Origin: Mobula birostris
Lineage: Eukaryota
Direction of reading: 5' to 3'
Assembly: GCF_030028105.1 (NCBI RefSeq)
Contig: NC_092374.1
Coordinates: 194,055,345 to 194,119,344 of the forward strand
DNA length: 64,000 bases
Within the stretch, counting starts at the first letter, position 1. Each line of letters starts with the position of its first letter. The notes under the pieces are model-generated. The model had not been told where the DNA came from. It saw only the letters and a program-made list of their open reading frames with translations, and searched no databases. Position numbers and translations under genes: made by a program. This document shows positions 61,723 through 64,000 of the stretch, in pieces.

Positions 61723-61757
61723 GCAGGACTACGGCTACGACGAGCTGAACGTGATAG
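61723..61757 (+). CDS. Receptor cytoplasmic exon 13 (35 nt; K-QDYGYDELNVI), YxxL motif
   Basis: CCCCACTTCCTTTGGCAG|, donor AG|GTGAGT, phase 2 to 1, open. Confidence 0.82.
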
Positions 61758-61789
61758 GTGAGTATCAAAGGTAGCAAAGCATGGTGGAG

Positions 61790-62765
61790 AGACTGGGGCA
61801 AAGGGGATTCTGGGGCTGCATGGGAACTGCGGTAAAATAGTGGGGTTAAAATAGGGACTGGGGTAAGATATTGAGGTTAAAATAGGGACTAGGTTAAATA
61901 GTCAGTGGGGTTAAAGTGGAGACTGAGGGGTTAAAATGGATACAGTCATTAAAATGGAGACTCAGAGGTAAAATGTGAATGGGGTTCGGGGAACTGGGGT
62001 AAATAGTGGGATTAAGGTGGGGACTGGAGTAAAATACTGGGGATAAGTGGGGAATGGGGTAAAATAATGGGGTTGAAATAGGGACTGGGGTAAAATCGTG
62101 GGGTTAAATAGGAATGGGGTAAACTAGTCAGTAGGGTTAAAATGGCAACGTTTAAAATGGAGACTGGAATAACATGGGGATGGGGTAAATATATCAGTGG
62201 GGTTAAAATGAGGATGGAGTGGTTAAAATGGATACAGTCATTAGAGTGGGGATTGAGGTGTAAAATGAGAATACGAGTTCTATGGGATTTGGGTAAAATA
62301 GGCAGAGATGTTAAAATGGTGACAGGAAGCAGGCTAAGTAGGGATTGAGGGGATTGAACAAGAATAGGGATAAATGGGAACTGAGGAGATTAAACAGATA
62401 TGGGGCTAACTGGAGACTTGGGGTTAAATTGGAATGGTGCTAAATGGGGACTGAGGGGGTTAAACAGGAATGGGACTAAATGGAGACTGAAAGGTTAAAC
62501 AGGAATTGGGCTAAATGGAGACTGGGGTTAAACAGAAATGGGGCTAAATGGGGACTGAGGATTAAACAAGATAGGCTTAAATGGGGACTGGGGATTAAAA
62601 CAATGGGATAAAGTGGGGTCTGATGATTGAACAGGAATGGGGCTTAATGGGGATTGAAGATTAAACAGGATGGGGTTAATTGGGGACTAGGGATTAAAAC
62701 AATGGGGTAAATGGGAATGAAGTTTAAAACAGGAATGGGGTAAATGGTGACTGGAATAAATGGGC
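61790..62765 (+). repeat. Degenerate G-rich tandem array (~19-20 bp and ~35 bp units)
   Basis: Repeated GGGGTTAAAATAGGGACTG-like then GGGATTAAACAGGAATGGGGCTAAATGGGGACTGA-like units; C-poor on the + strand. Confidence 0.9.
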
Positions 62766-62934
62766 AGTGGGGGTAAAACATCAAAGGATATAGTGTTGGT
62801 TCCAGAAAATGGCACCAGGTTAGCAGATCATCATCAGTTATCTTAAATGATCGAGCAGGTGTCCTACTCTGAATCTGTCAGTAACATTTACTGATGCTTT
62901 AGATGCCTCATTTGCTTCTTTCTCTAATTCACAG

Positions 62935-62972
62935 CAAAACGTAGCCTCCAGCCTGAAGAAACCACAAACCAG
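62935..62972 (+). CDS. Receptor cytoplasmic exon 14 (38 nt; A-KRSLQPEETTNQ)
   Basis: TTTGCTTCTTTCTCTAATTCACAG|, donor AG|GTAAGA, phase 1 to 0, open. Confidence 0.78.
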
Positions 62973-63848
62973 GTAAGAAAGCAAGCATTTGCTGAGGTCA
63001 GGGCAAGTGGGGAGATCCCGGAGAGATTTGAAAATGTAGCCGAGAAATGTTAAATTGAGCTGTGTTTGGCCCTTAGCTTCAGAAATCAAATGAAGTGGTG
63101 ATTGGGTTAAAATCCATCAGAACATTTTTCATTTCCTGTCCATGTGGCTGGATTATTTCCAATAAGTCCCTGAACTGGAGATGTGAGAGGGGAGATTGAG
63201 TAGATGAGGGGTGTATTCCCTTGAGTCCAGAATAACTAGACGTTCCAGACCATGAGTGTTCACACAACTGTGGGAACTAAAACTGCTCTCAACTGGGAGA
63301 GTGTACATCAGAGGCCACTTGACACAAGTGATTCAGAAACTGCTCACCTTATTGATAAGGACAATGATTTGTGCCTCCCAGCCCCCAGCATGTGCGGGCT
63401 GTGGTAGTAGGATAATCGGCCATTGTAAGTTATCCAATTGCGTAGATGAGTGGCTGAGTCTGGTGGGGGAGGAGCTGACAGGCATGTAAAGAGGGTAAAA
63501 TGTGTGAGAGTAGGATCAGATTGATCATTGGCACGGACACGATGGGCCACAAAACTTTTTCTCTGACCTCATGAGACAAGAGGGACTTTTTTCACTCAGT
63601 GAATTATTGGAACCTGGGGTTAGATTCCACCACAGTGAGCAGAAGGGAGCTGGAAGAGCATCTGAAGGTTGATGGGCTGAGAGTGGAGCAGTGGAAAAAG
63701 CTGGATTGCTTTAGTAAGAGCCAGTGCAGCCTAGATAGGCTGAATATCCTCCTCCTCTGGCTTGCCACTACAGAGGAGTTGTTTTTATCCTCCCAACGGT
63801 TGGGCCACACCACTTAACAGAATTAAATTGGCTCCTCTGTGTTTTCAG

Positions 63849-63974
63849 TAGGAAGATGGGTCCATGAACCAACAGGTCGTGAGGAAGATTGGGAGAGAAG
63901 CACGTCCTCAACTGTGCTGTCAGCAGCTGGGTGATGAATATGGCAAAGATTCCAGATCCTGTTCCTTTGATTGA
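63849..63974 (+). CDS. Probable terminal exon with NAGNAG acceptor: immediate TAG stop, or a 40-aa extension (EDGSMNQQ...SCSFD*)
   Basis: CTCCTCTGTGTTTTCAG|TAG|GAA. The first AG gives a stop in phase 0; the second gives an open frame to TGA at 63972-63974. Confidence 0.5.
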
Positions 63975-64000
63975 ACCTTGAACCCCTGATGGCGTCAGAT

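Noticed and set aside
1-64000. CRISPR arrays, rRNA or prokaryotic operon-like systems
   Set aside because: No regularly spaced repeat-spacer arrays or rRNA-like sequence were found. The content is entirely vertebrate-type retroelements plus one spliced gene.

Overview
Vertebrate genomic DNA, inferred to be from a cartilaginous fish (probably a ray) on the basis of its repeat content: CR1 LINEs with an SGNH-esterase ORF1, Rex1/Babar LINEs, Penelope-like elements, tRNA/V-SINEs and Gmr1-type Gypsy elements. Bases 1-17 kb are a nested pile of retroelements: two Gmr1-like (integrase-before-RT) Gypsy elements and three CR1 copies. A ~3-3.5 kb tandem duplication lies at 22.8-29.3 kb. From 29.4 kb to the window end I reconstruct by hand a spliced + strand Ig-superfamily receptor gene that the ORF track mostly misses. 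It has a 43-nt leader exon, two NKp30(NCR3)-like V-set exons with germline-joined J-like ends, a TM exon, and 10 small cytoplasmic exons (19-98 nt) whose phases chain into one open frame of ~416 aa. The tail carries a canonical ITIM (IQYAEI), an LIYTPM (YxxM) motif and a YDEL motif. The exon model comes from splice signals and frame continuity only and needs RNA confirmation. Most other ORFs in the track are TE fragments or low-complexity artefacts. Repeat boundaries and percent identities are by-eye estimates unless a junction or TSD is quoted.
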